Positions 12,503 through 25,300 of a stretch of 64,000 bases of DNA are shown here, one piece after another. Location: contig NC_090353.1 of assembly GCF_035084215.1 (NCBI RefSeq), forward strand, positions 29,202,001 to 29,266,000, in the 5' to 3' direction. The notes under the pieces are model-generated. The model had not been told where the DNA came from. It searched no databases and saw only the letters and a list, made by a program, of their open reading frames with translations. Position numbers and translations under genes: made by a program. Source of the DNA: Heptranchias perlo. Taxonomy: Eukaryota. Each line of letters opens with the position of its first letter. The stretch's first letter is position 1.

Positions 12503-14579
12503 ACTTCTGTCCGCTCTGTGACTGGTACCGATTCATCACCAATGTATACTGAACGCTACTTGTATTTTCAACATGGTAAAGTGAGGCCCTTTAGACATGC
12601 AAACCTCACCCCATAACAGGCTAATTGCGTCCGGATTTTTGTTTCTTAAATACAACTAATCACCATCGGTTTTCAGCAACTGTTCATTTGTTGCGTGTTT
12701 CCTTCAGAGCTCGGTAGATGCACATCCCTTCCCACCCTCCAAAGTACCTGCAATATCACATCATCAGGGCATCTCCGCAGCATAAGCAAAGAGACGGCCT
12801 GGATTCTAGTCTGAAGAATGGGCCGGATCAATCACTAGGAACACTAGGCTATTAACCCCTTCCACAGGGGCACAGTCCCTCATTATGGAAGTCCCACAGT
12901 ACAGGCTTCAGGTGGGAAGTAATATGCACTGACTCACTGCTTATGCTACCAGACAGCTGACCTCTTACTTCAGGCTGGCATATCTACTAACCACTGTCCT
13001 GAACAAATCATTGAAGAAAACCGATTAGAGTTTGGAGAATGAACCCAGTCAGATCACTTGCAGGATGTTCTCACACTTTTGGGGTGGGGGGAGGAGGGAA
13101 GTTCAAATAACAACTAAATTATGAAGAGGTGGAGAGAGGGGTAGAAGGTCACCCTTCTTGCAGTCAGTTACCCTGGTCGGAGCTTACGATGTGCAAGGTG
13201 CTCTTCCTGGCTCCAGAAAACAACAGCAGGCCACTGCCGGCCAGTCCTCGATCCCTCCCCCACCCACTCACTCACCCCCTCCCTCCCAGAATTACCCGTG
13301 GGCCTCAGCGCAGGGCAAAATTGGTACGGCCTGATTGGTGCCCCCAGCTCGCCTGAATGATTATGATGAGGCCCGAGGTGGGCCTCTCCATTCGGGCTTG
13401 CCGTCGACAGAATTTGTGAGCGTGGTGACGACTTTATCTGTAACACAGTGGCGTCACGAAAATCTTATCATGACACTTGCCTGTGACTGACACAATGAAT
13501 AAATTCCACTTGGCTTTTCTATAATTGAATGACTTAAATTCTCTAACTAAACAGGCTGTGTTTCCTCTTCAAAATGTTATTTATAAAATACACTTTATGA
13601 GTCATTTTAGCCTGTTTGGGATAGGCTGGTTTAACTCGTTGCGGTTCATTAAATCATATGCCAGATATCTCAATGATTTATTTGATTGGGTTAAGATCAT
13701 CTAAGATCAAGAAAGTAACCCTGCAGGGAGTTCAAAGGTCATCACCCAGGGCTGACTCACAAATCACAACAAAGGAACAGCCTCAAGCCATGATGGATGA
13801 CAGGAGGGAATATTATTGCTGTAGTGCTACATTCAAGTCATCCAGCAACCAGGCCACTCAAATATATTTTACCTCTTGAAGGCATATTGTTTTTGGTAAA
13901 TGGCCTTTTAACCCTTTTTCTACCAGAAACTTGTATGGGATTTGGATAATGCCTCATGGAGACAATTATCCATATCTACTGGCTCTACTGGGCACATCTC
14001 TGGTTTACACCGCCATTAATGGGTGTGGCATTTTGTGCTGAATATGAGACAGAGTTTAAAATTTGCTGGTATGAAAATTTGGTGCTATACATACTGGGCC
14101 TCGGTATTTTAAAGAAAGAATTTGCATTTATATCATGCCTTTCATGTCCTTAGGATGGCCCAAAGTACTTGACAACCAATGACTTATACTTGAAGTGCAG
14201 TCAGTGTTGTTATGTAGACAAACATTGTAGCCAATTTGCACACAGCAAAGTCCCATCAATAACAATGCGATGAATGATCTTTTTGACAGTGTTGGCTGAG
14301 GGAAGAATAACAGCGCGGACACTGGGAGAACCCCCCACTCTTCTTTGAAAAAGTGCCATTGTTTCTTTTTACGTCCATCTGAACAGGCAGACGGGGGCCT
14401 CTATTTAGTACGGCACCTCCAACAATGCAACACTCCCTCGTTGCTACACTTAAGTGTTAGCCTAGATTGTGTGCTCAAATCCTGTAGCAAGGCTTGAACC
14501 CATAACCTGCTGACTCCAAGGCAAGAGTGCTATTACTTAGCTAATTAGCTAAGGTTTAATATTAAATTGGTGTGACAAA

Positions 14580-14697
14580 AACAATACTGCCAATGAGCAG
14601 AAAAAGCTGGAAATACTCAACGGGTCGGGCAGCATCTGTGGAGATACAGAATTCTGTCCGTCTGTATTTCAGGTCTTTAAGACCCTTCCTCAGGGCT
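14580..14697 (-). mobile_element. Degenerate Penelope-like terminus
   Basis: cagaaaaagctggaaatactc..ggcagcatctgtggaga..tttcaggtc..gacccttcctcag is the reverse complement of the terminus at 18895-19028. Confidence 0.6.
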
Positions 14698-15463
14698 ATC
14701 ATTGTACTGCTGACTGTCCCATCCCACCTTCTTCTGGGTGTAAACTTGAGAAAGTATCCTTCCCCCCCCCCAATCCCAATGGCTCAGTTGGCATATTCAG
14801 TGTTTACTGTGGTACTGGGCATTACAGAGTAGGAGGTTCCCAGGTTCAACTCCCCTGCCTGTGCTGAGTTAGCTGGTCTAAGTCAGGGTAGCAGAACTGC
14901 TACCAGTTGGCACCCATGGTACCATTCCTCGGCATGAATCAGTGCCTTCAGAAGAGATGGGGAGAAAAGTGGAAGATAAATTTGTTGCTTTGGACACAAT
15001 TGAACAATTGGGTTGGTGACATCATCATGCCCTCCTGTGAGTACAAACATGGCAGCGTGTCTTGTGGCAAGACTACCTCATCAGTAAACATTTTAACAGT
15101 GTTAGTTTGCAGTAATCTGCTGTCCAGCAAACACTTTAGAACTTCACCACAGCTATGGTTCCCTACTGGACTAAAGTTCTTATGGTAATCACAATGAACA
15201 ATGAAAGGGTTAACCACATTGGGCCTAGCATTGAATCAGACACTGACTTTGTGCCAGTTACCATAACAAAAGCCTGCCCTGTTCCCATTTTGCACCAAAT
15301 CTTCTGTCAATCATACCCCCTGCAGTTCAAGACCCATCCCTCTGCCCACCCCACTGCCACCTGCGATTTATGCCCTTTCCCAAATAGTATGGGGTGAATC
15401 AAATGTTCGACTCCTGAAGAGATACAGCTGAGATTGGCAAGCGGGTGCAAGGCAGAAACTATT

Positions 15464-15909
15464 AAGAACATAAGAAAAAGGAGCAGGAGTAGGCCAATCG
15501 GCCCCTCGAGCCTGCTCCGCCATTCAATAAGATCATGGCTGATCTGATCCTAACCTCAAATCTAAATTATGTCCAATTTCCTGCCCGCTCCCCGTAACCC
15601 CTAATTCCCTTTACTTCTAGGAAACTGTCTATTTCTGTTTTAAATTTATTCAATGATGTAGCTTCCACAGCTTCCTGGGGCAGCAAATTCCACAAACCTA
15701 CTACCCTCTGAGTGAAGAAGTTTCTCCTCAGCTCAGTTTTGAAAGAGCAGCCCCTTATTCTAAGATTATGCCCCCTAGTTCTAGTTTCACCCATCCTTGG
15801 GAACATCCTTACCGCATCCACCCGATCAAGCCCCTTCACAATCTTACATGTTTCAATAAGATCGCCTCTCATTCTTCTGAACTCCAATGAGTAGAGTCCC
15901 AATCTACTC
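15464..15909 (-). mobile_element. CR1 LINE 3' fragment with ORF intact to the stop
   Basis: ORF 15567-15911 reads LGLYSLEFRRMRGDLIE..TRGHNL..RRNFFTQRVVGLWN. Possible TSD aactatt at 15457-15463 and 15910-15916. Confidence 0.92.
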
Positions 15910-16920
15910 AACTATTGCTCATCGCTTCATGGAGGAGCTGCAATGTGCCACTATGGCAACCACAAAAGACGCCACAAAGATTTGTTGCAGGTCTGCATTT
16001 TTTCGGCCCCCATCAAGGTCACACTTTGGGAGAGTGTTTCTCCCAAGGAGGTGATGGCACCTGAAAGCTGGGAGGCTACAACTGCCCCAAGCAGCTTTCC
16101 AAACTATAATTTCTACTTCAAAGCTCCCATTTGGGTTAACTGCCTCCTCCCACATCCCTGACCTCACTTCCTCTGGCCACAACATCAACTGCAGTGCCAG
16201 CTCCAGATCAGCTCTGCTCTGCTCACCAGCCAAAACAGTAACCAATAGCTTTTTTTATGCACAGCACTTTGAAGCAAGATAAAAAGAATCAAATTTATAA
16301 ATAATTGGATTCTACACTCAAACATTTTTTTTTGCCAAAATATGCGTACTGTGGTTTGAGGTCACTTTTCTGGCAACCGTTAATTATTAATAAATCTTCA
16401 GAAACTGATAGTAACAGGATTACAGTGACCCTCATTGAAGCTGCAACTCGGCAGGGGAATATTTTTGCTGATCGTTATTTGTACCAGGATCTTGTCAAAT
16501 ATTTCATAGGACGACCTGGGTGGCACATTATGTCACAACACAGTCCTTTCACCCCGGATCTTGGGTTGGATCCAACCCAGTTGTTGTCTCTGATGGCTGT
16601 GAGGTTTCTATGTGAAATGAGGCTTGGTGACTATCCTCCTCACAAGGAGGCCGTGAATGTACAGGGAAAAGGCACCATCGGGAGATGCTCTTGGCAACAG
16701 CAGGAAGGGACTCCCTTACCCACCCCTCAGGCCATCATGCCTCCTTCCCTGATGACATGCTGGGGAACATTTCCACAGACGCCAGCAACTCTCTTGCACC
16801 TCCCTCAGGTGGCCATTTTTCATCTGGCAAACTTGACACTGGGTGTTGGGAGGCTATTCTTTCGTGGGATGCATCACAGCCGAACCTAAATCTGCCTTCA
16901 GCCGACATTCACACACACAT

Positions 16921-17098
16921 TGGGGAGCAATTTTGACTTTACGCGATAATGTAAAATGGGCGATAGCGAATCGGTACCCTATTTCACGTCTCTCCTGATT
17001 TTTATTTCCATTGACATCAAATCGGGAGAGATGAAAACCAGGCTGCCCATTCGCTATCCCTCGTTTTACACCATCGCACAAAGTCAAAATTAGCCCCA
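16921..17098. mobile_element. Palindromic MITE-like element inserted in a tRNA SINE
   Basis: Long imperfect inverted arms: gggg..aattttgacttt.cgcgat..tgtaaaa pairs with ttttacaccatcgcacaaagtcaaaattagcccc. It interrupts the SINE between 'acacacacat' and 'gcattttccagcagg'. Confidence 0.75.
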
Positions 17099-18287
17099 TG
17101 CATTTTCCAGCAGGTGTTACTGGATAATGATTGGGATCAGAAACCCTGGCTGATTTTTCCACTTCTAGCCAAGTTTCATGCCCCTGTTGGTGTCGCAGCT
17201 GAGATCAGTTAAAGGCGCAGCCAGGGATCGAACCGTGGACATTTCTGGCCTCTATGACTCAATTCTGCAACTGGTAGTTTATTTGCCAGCTGAAACATCG
17301 TAGGAACTCTTGTGAGCATTTCTGCTGACTGTTTTAAATGTGCCATCTCAGGGTGGCCTGAATTTTCCCTCTCTTAGTTGGGCAGTTCAATACTTATGGG
17401 GTGAAAGCATGATGTGTGATATTAGCCTACGAACAGGTTAAATCGAGGCCCTCTCAGGTGGACGTAAAAGATCCCTTGGCACTATTCCGAAGAAGAGCAG
17501 GGGAGTTCTCCCCGGTGTCCTGGCCAATATTCATCCGTCCACCAACATCACTAAAAACAAAATTATCTGGTCATTATCATTCTGCTGTTTGTGGGAGCTT
17601 GCTGTGCGCAAATTGGCTGCTGCACTTCCTACCTTCCAACAGTGACTACACTTCAAAAAGGTACTTCATTGGCTGTAAAACGCTTTGGGATGTCCTGAGG
17701 TCGTGAAAGGCACAATAGAAATGCAAGTTCTTTCTTTAAGGAAGGCTCTAACCTATTTGAATTATTTCAAGCAGGTTCACAACTTTGTTAAAGTAGCAGA
17801 CGGAAGAACTTCAGTGTCTGTGCGGCAGTCTCGCACAGCGCAGGTTCACACCATTTAACATTCTGACTAACAGGTTGCTCCAGAATGTTCTTAATGTTGG
17901 CAGCAATTATTTTTACACTTTCTAATGCTGACTGGCACAGTGCAGATTGACAGCGGAACCCGGTATCAAACAACATTTCTTCATTTGCAGTGCTCGCTGA
18001 AAAGAATGTTAAGCTTGTTATTTATTTATATATTCCCCCCCCTCCCACCATCCCCTACTTACTGTCACTGCCCCAGTCCCTAAACGAGAGATTGGCCACA
18101 AGGCCTACTCCCAGGCTCTTGAGTTGACCATTGTGGGGTATGCGAAAATGACCAAGTTTGATTCCTCCTCCCATCTTCCTTCCCTCCCTACCCGAAACCA
18201 GCTGAGATTAAGGGGTCATCTTGTTTGGAGAAGAGAGAAAAGAAATTTGTGGGTTTGATCCCCTGTTTCCTCCATTTCTCTCTCTTT

Positions 18288-18512
18288 GAGGTAATAATTC
18301 TAACTCTCCAGTCCTCGTCCCTGTGCCGGGAACGCAAATGGTAAAATTGCACATTCCCAGTCTACGTTTTTCCATCTATTAATAGTCGGAAAATGCTTTT
18401 AAAAAAAAACAAGCTCACCTGCCAATCCTGCTCTGCAAACTCCACGTTTAAATTGACATCATTAATAGGCGGAGAGTGTGCAATTTTGTGATATGCACTC
18501 CAAGCATGAGAA
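18288..18512. mobile_element. Palindromic MITE-like element, apparently interrupted near its end by the Penelope fragment
   Basis: aaaattgcacattc pairs with gagtgtgcaatttt. The start (gaggtaataattct) roughly pairs with agaatttttaccct at about 19033-19046. Confidence 0.5.
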
Positions 18513-18514
18513 TG

Positions 18515-19028
18515 CTCGAGGATCGGCACCTCATCTTTCGCTTAGGCACTTTACAACCTTCCAGACTCAACACTGATTTCAATAACTTCAGATCATAATC
18601 ACTGCTCCCATTTTTATTTCTCTATTTATATATATATATTTTATTTATTGACTGCAGCTGCTGGTTATGAATCTGCTATTGCCATTTACAGCTACTCTAG
18701 ACCAATCTTTTGTTTCTTAACCTGTCCCATTACCACCTTCCTTGCCTTGCACCATCATCCCTTTTGTTATTTAATCTCTCTTGCCCTCCATCCTATCGCA
18801 GACCTTCCCTTTTGTTCTTTCCTTCCCTCTCCCTCCCCCACCTTTCCCCGGCTCTGTACTTGCTTAAAAACCTTTAACTCTTTTAACATCTTCCAGTTCT
18901 GACGAAAGGTCTTCGACCTGAAACGTCAACTCTGCTTCTTTCTCCACAGATGCTGCCTCACTCGCTGAGCTTCTCCAGCATTTTCTGTTTTGGTTTCGGA
19001 TTTCCAGCATCCGCAGCGTTTTGCTTTC
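18515..19028 (+). mobile_element. Penelope-like retroelement 3' fragment (end of GIY-YIG endonuclease ORF plus 3' UTR/pLTR)
   Basis: 18515-18598 translates LEDRHLIFRLGTLQPSRLNTDFNNFRS*, the typical C-terminus of vertebrate Penelope GIY-YIG domains. It is followed by a pyrimidine-rich UTR, a hammerhead core and the 'tccacagatgctgcc' terminus seen in other copies in this window. Confidence 0.85.
18895..18931 (+). ncRNA. Minimal type I hammerhead ribozyme motif
   Basis: AGTT-CTGACGA-a-AGGTC(ttc)GACCT-GAAA-cg-TC-AACT: intact core, perfect 5-bp stem II, GUC cleavage triplet, stem I AGTT/AACT. Confidence 0.8.
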
Positions 19029-20384
19029 GATCAGAATTTTTACCCTTTAGCTATTTCGGTAAAAGGCTCCGCGCAGCACACTGGCCGGGAAGGGGTTAAG
19101 GCAGTCATTGTGTTCACGTTTTAACCTTGTTCCACTTTACCACACAGCACAGCTTGTGGTTTTTGCAGCAAACAGCTAGGATAGAAGATCTGTGTGAAAG
19201 CCCTACACTCAGCGCAGGCCTGCGAACTCAAACCCAACTACCGTGCCCGCAGCTTCCGCTTATTTTCTAGCTGACAGCCAACCGCAAGCAGCATTCACAC
19301 CGACCACAGCACAGCTCAGGGCTTTGTCAACGACCGTGGCTCTTTAAACTCTGCTTCATGTCCAAACTATTTTTTCAAATTGCGGTCTTTTCTCCCTCCG
19401 AAATTTTCCCTCCCCCGCCCAACCCCTCCTTCTTTCCTGAGGGAGGAGGAGTATGGTTCGACAGGCGCCAACATCTCACTAAAGTGGCTGGGTTTTTTTT
19501 TTGCCGTGTGTGGGCCCAGGCCCACTGGGTGTCAGCGGGCTATTCAACCACATGGGGGCATCACAGCCGAATCCAATCCCGGCCTTCCCCGACACTTTCC
19601 AACAGGGTGGAGGCTTCAATTCATACATCGATTCAGGTGGGTTTATTTAAGTCTGACTGTTATCGGAAATATATTCACTCATACTCTGAAGTACCTTAAA
19701 AGAATTGTGATCTCTTGCAAAAGAGAACCATTACACATTGTACAAAAGGGTTGGAGCAGCTGTCTAAACATCAAAATATTATACCACAAACCGCTCCCTG
19801 TCTCAGCTCAGATTTCCCCTCCATACAGATATCAGTGGTTTGGCGTTTTGCCAACATATTAAGAGTCTGACTAATTATCCTGTGCTTATTAGTGCTTCAT
19901 TTTAAAGATATATAAATTTCTTCTCTAGCATTGTCTCCTGCTCTCCTGAAAGTGCAGACTCATGCTGGGGAAAAGTTCTACGGGCACCAGTCGTCTCCTG
20001 GCAGCTCATCCGAATGCCCGTTGTTGATTTGTGGCCCTAGACAGTGAATATCAACAGGCTGCTCGACTGCAGGAAGGGCAGCGGGAAAGGGCGGGGGAGT
20101 GGAACTAGCTGGATTGCTCTTGCATTGAGCTGGTGTGGACTCAATGGGCTGAATGGCCTCCTTCCATGCTGTAACCTTTCTATGATTCTAGTGCAATGTC
20201 CCAACCCTGTCTTCACCCAGAGCCCAACTTTCCAGCAGTGGTTAGTGGATAGCAATCAGCTGGCCAATTGTTCCCCTCTGGACCCAGTTATATCAAGACC
20301 AACTGCAGTTCCCCCTACCACAAGCGAAGCTGAGATCAGCTAACTGAGCACTAACAGGGGATCAAGCCTGAGGCCGACCTGGGC

Positions 20385-21298
20385 GATGACACAAAGATAG
20401 GCAGGCAGCTTTGTCAGCAGCGTAGATGGAAGCATAAAATTACAGAGAGATATTAATAGATTAAGTGAATGGGCAAAACTGTGGCAAATGGATTTCAATG
20501 TAGGCAAGTGTGAGGTCATCCACTTTGGACCTAAAAAGGATAGATCAGAGTACTTTCTAAATAGTGAAAAGCTCGAAACAGTGGAGGTCCAAAGAGACTA
20601 TGGGGTCCATGTACATAGATTGTTAAAATGTCATGGACAGGTACAGAAAATAATCAAAAAGGCTAATGAAATGCTGACCTTTATATCTAGAGGATTAGAA
20701 TACAAGGGGGTAGAAGTTATGTTACAACTATACAAAGCTCTGGTTAAACCACACCTGGAGTACTGTGTTCAGTTCTGGGCACTGCACCTTAGGAAGGATA
20801 TATTGGCCTTAGAGGGAGTGCAGCGTAGATTTACTAGAATGATACGTGGACTCCAAGGGTTAAATTATGAGGAGAAATTACACAAACTAGGGTTGTATTT
20901 CCTGGAATTTAGAAGATTAATGGGAGATTTGATTGAAGTTTTCAAGTTATTAAGGGAAACTGATAGCGTAGATAGAGGGGAACTATTTCCGCTGATTGGG
21001 GAGTCTAGGACTAGGGGACATAGCCCAAAAATTAGAGCCAGGACTTTCACGAGTGAAGTTAGGAAACACTTCTAAAAGCAAAGAATGGTAGAAGTTTGGG
21101 ACTCTTTTCCGTAAACAGCAGTTGATCCTAGCTCAATTGTTAATTTTAAATTGGAGGTTGATAGATTTTTGTTAACCAAAGGTATTAAAGGATATGGGGC
21201 TAAGGCAGATATATGGAGTTAGGTCACAGGTCAGCCATGATCTCATTGAATGGCGGAACAGGCTCGAGGGGCTAAATGGCCTACTCCTGTTCCTATGT
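20385..21298 (+). mobile_element. CR1 LINE, 5'-truncated, ORF2 reverse transcriptase C-terminus plus 3' tail
   Basis: Starts at a DDTKIG remnant of the YADD region. ORF 20488-21075 contains QLYKALVKPHLEYCVQFW, LEGVQRRFTRMI and RTRGH. Ends with the tail ctcctgttcctatgt. Confidence 0.95.
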
Positions 21299-22140
21299 AT
21301 CGCTCAGTAAGGAGGGATACTTACCCAATGAGTCATCAAAGGAGCTATAATACCTGGTTACGGGAACTATTCATCAACTGTAGCATGTCAGGTTTACGCA
21401 GAAATACATTCCAATAATTATATGTGGGTTTTATCTCTTCGTGTGATTTTACAATGTTTCAACCACTGTTTCAGTCTTTCAACATACAGCTTTGCTGCTG
21501 GGATTCTGCAAGCTGTTTACACAATGTAATGCAATAAAAACAGCAGCTATATATTCCAATCAAAACCAGCTTCAATTGCATCGTGTTCAAGAGCCTCCTT
21601 AAATCATGGCCTGCCCAACCTGCCTGCTTTGTTCCTGACCCAAGGCTGAAACAAAACCCAAGGCCTCCCGATAACCTGACCGGCTCATCCAGCTCTGGAT
21701 CTCCCAGGAAACGAGCTGTCCAAACAGGAGGTCAATAATTTGATGACGGAGTCACGATTCAGGCTTCGAGGATGCTAAGCATGCCAAGCAGGCCCCAAAG
21801 CCTCTACCACAAACCCAACTTGGTTATTTATCTTCTATAGAATCCTGTAATGCAGTAAAAATCCTGTCAGATTTTTTAAAGACCAGCCTCTACGTCCTAG
21901 ATCGGTCCTAAAAACAAAGGGCCCCATTTTTTAAAGTGTTTTTAAAGGGGCAGCTACATTCTCAATTCTTCAAAGTTACGATTTCACTAATGTTTTCAAA
22001 AATCATGCAATGCTAGTTCACACCTGCTAAAAATGCAAACAGTTAAAAAGAAACGCGATGAACTTTTAACAGCCTTTTGTGTTTCTTCCCCCTCTTTCTC
22101 TGATTTATTTTTGAACATTTGTGTTAAGACCATTATCAGC

Positions 22141-22305
22141 AGTGTTGGCATCATCAGAGGAAATTAGTTTGGAGGAGTTAGTTACTGAGGGAAACTATGC
22201 ATAGTGATGACATCATTGGGGGACTATGGCTTGGAGGGGTTACTGAGGAAAACAATGCATAGTGATGACATCATCAGGGGAATTTGGTTTGGAGGAGTTA
22301 CTGAG
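22141..22305. repeat. About 60-bp tandem repeat, nearly 3 copies
   Basis: Units start at 22141, 22203 and 22261 with agtgatgacatcat..ttggaggagttactgag. Confidence 0.85.
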
Positions 22306-25300
22306 CCAAGACACAACAGATCTTCTACATGGATATGCCTGTAATGATGACTGAAAGAATTCAGTCATAAAACAAAGGTTGCCCCAGATTTCGTTAGTAC
22401 AAACTCAGATACAATGTCTGACATCTGCACTCTCTACTTCAATTCATATTTTAACATTGCTCGTCTGCCTAGCAGGCAGTAATGAAAAAATTGTGCAATT
22501 ACATGTAAACGTAGTACAGTACATGTGCCGTCAATTCATAATTTTAAAAAATATATAATTACTATAATTTTGAGTTTTCCCCAACAGCTCACTAAGTTTA
22601 TCCAGTGAGGAGCTGAGCCAGACAGACTAGAAAGATCTAAAAGTCAAACCCTGAGTTAGCCCATCTCAGTCGTGGTGGTGCTAGGAGATCCTATAATTGG
22701 ACTGGGTTAGACAGAGGGAAAATTTCAGTCAGGTTTCCCGCTCCTGACCATTACCCCTTTGCAGGAACTGTGCACTCGTGAACATCTGGTGAAAACCAGG
22801 CTAAGCATGACTGCGATGCCCCCTGCAGTTAATCTGCCGACATTTATTGTCGATGCATCTTCTGCACCATCTAAAACTGGGCAAGCGGGTGGGGGGGGAC
22901 AGACCCGCACACGTGTACTTAGTGGCGGTTTTTAGCGTCCAGCAATTGGAACTTGAACTTTTGCTGTCCGGTTTTCATTTGGAAAAATACCGGGCAACTA
23001 CCCCCAAACCTGCACAGGTGGTACCCCTCGTGAAGATCTCCATTTTGTATTCGCAACAGGCACAAAATGGCCTACGGCGCCGGCTGAAATGTAACAAAAT
23101 AGGGCCAGTATGTAACCACGGCAACAGACACGGGCACGCTGAGTATCAAACAGTACTCACTTTGTAAACAGATTAGGATCAGTCTATAATAGAAAGAGCT
23201 TATTATGGAGTAATTACAGCCTAACGACTGGCCAGGATGTCCTGAATGAAGGGTCTAAATTGAACTCACAACCTATGGTTTTCAACTTTTCAAAGATAAA
23301 CAAAAAAAGGAAAACTATCTGTGTTTCCGATCGCCTCCACACCCAGGCTATGGGAAAATTGCTTTGTAACCAAATACGTCTTAACCAGTTAGAACGAGCT
23401 GAGGATTTGCTAGCTGTGGATGGGGAAAGTATTGCCACAATTTGCCTAGGCTATGCCTGTGGGAGTCATCTGCACTTGATGTTTTGGGCTCACACTGCAC
23501 TCATAGAAAATTACATTTTCAACTCATAAAATATGATAAGGGAGGCTTTTCTCCTTCATCAACTTTACCCCAATCCCCGATGAGTGTGGATATCACAATT
23601 GTAAAGAGGCAGCCGTTTGATTCGCCCCCCCTACCACCCCCGGTACTTAAGTGGCCATTCTTCATGTGCGAGCCTAGACATTGAGTTGGCTATTTGACTG
23701 CAGAGGGCATCACAGCTAACCCAATCCTCTCCGGATGTCCACCCAAAGCATTTTCCAGTAGGGGGTTCGCAATCAGGAGAGTGAATCCAGACCAATTCCA
23801 GTATTCCTTATTCTGGGGATATAGCATCTCGCTACCACCCAGGCTGCGGTAAATAGGGAAGGGGAGGGGTAATAAGCAGAGATTTCACGGGTGGGCAGGG
23901 ATGCGACAGCAATATTTCTCATTCACAAAATAGGGAAAAGAGGCTATTCCTGGGAATGTTAGAACAGATACAATAGATGGAAAACTAGCCAACATACTTT
24001 GGGACAACAGCCAGATTTTGCCTTCTTTACTCAAAATCAGGTCACAGATGTACTTTACAAAAGGATAACAGCAAAGTCAACGTCCTTGCTCATTTAGCAA
24101 ACTGGCTGTCAATCATTAGGGTGGCATAGCCTCCCCCACAGGGTTTCCTGCCAGACTGAGTCCCTTTTGGTGCCCGTGGGTAGATAATGATTATACAATT
24201 AAACTCTGACTGTTAAGAATATAATGATATCCTTCAATGTGTACCCCAGGGGATTTGTATGGACTTGTATAAGCCCGGTCATTAATTCTTATAAAATGCT
24301 ATGTAATTTACCAGGGTCGAATAGCCTCCTCCTGTGCTGTACCTACTAGGATATTACAGTGCCTTCATAAGTCTGTACTTCCTGTAACTGTAACACTTAC
24401 TTCCTGCAACACTTTCCTGTCATGCTTTAAAATTTGCCTGTTTATTACACTTGCCTCTGTTTGGTCCTTCCAGCTCCAAGTCCAATTTAGCCAGTGCTGG
24501 CACACTTGAGACCTGTAAAACTCTGGCCTTTCACTTGGCATACCCTCTCCTGTGCCTAAGCTCTCCGAGTCCCCCATGCTTCCCCTCTAGCCTGGGCACT
24601 TCAACCTTTTCCCCTGGCCCAGACAAAACGCCTATTGTCGTGTTCCCAAGCCGTAACTGGCAAACCAACCGTAAAAGTTGTCAGTAGTGTTTTTAATAGT
24701 AAAAGGGTAATTAGTGCATTTACATAACGTAAAGACAATTCCCGAGTCATGGCTGGAAAAGCGGCTATGGGCCTTTTCTTGGGCGACTGTGACGGTTGGT
24801 TTCTCCAAGGGTTTTCCACACATCAGCAATTACCCCATCAGTGCATTAAGCAACTAAGCATTTTTAATAACTAAAACATGCTTCCCAGCTCAGTGCTGGA
24901 AAAGCGCTGTTGTAAAATCTCTTGTGAGTGGGAGGGAGATTTCATGAAGGCTTATGGCCTTAATTTTCTTTCAGTCCCTTCCCCAAAGATATAACCAAAC
25001 CCCACCCTCCAACACTAACATATCCGAGTGCTCTCTCAATCGTTTCTGGACCCGAAGACCCTTATCCGCAATCATTCCATCAGCTCACTCTCCAGTACCC
25101 ACGTACCCCCCCCCCTTCTCCCATGCTCCCAGAGTCCAGAAATGTGCCTACTGCTCTCAGACCCCACCATTCACCTCCCATTGCTTCTAGACACAGACGC
25201 GCCCTTCGCAGTATTCCCAGACCCTGCAACCTTCCAGGACCACCCTCCCGTTACTCCTCCAGCAACGCCCCCACCTTTCCCAATGCTCCCACACCCTGCC

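Noticed and set aside
16305-16889. 194-aa plus-strand ORF
   Set aside because: It runs through SINE fragments, has no recognisable domain and is antisense to the TLE gene.
21318-21356. Possible 29-nt minus-strand exon ending in TGG|gtaagt
   Set aside because: It lies in the head of an interrupted SINE, lacks a pyrimidine tract and has no TLE similarity.
24601-24819. Minus-strand ORF ...SPKKRPIAAFPAMTRELSLRY followed by gtaaat, superficially like the TLE CcN exon (KKRK...RY)
   Set aside because: There is an in-frame TGA just upstream with no AG acceptor between, the KKR-to-Y spacing is wrong, and no other residues match.
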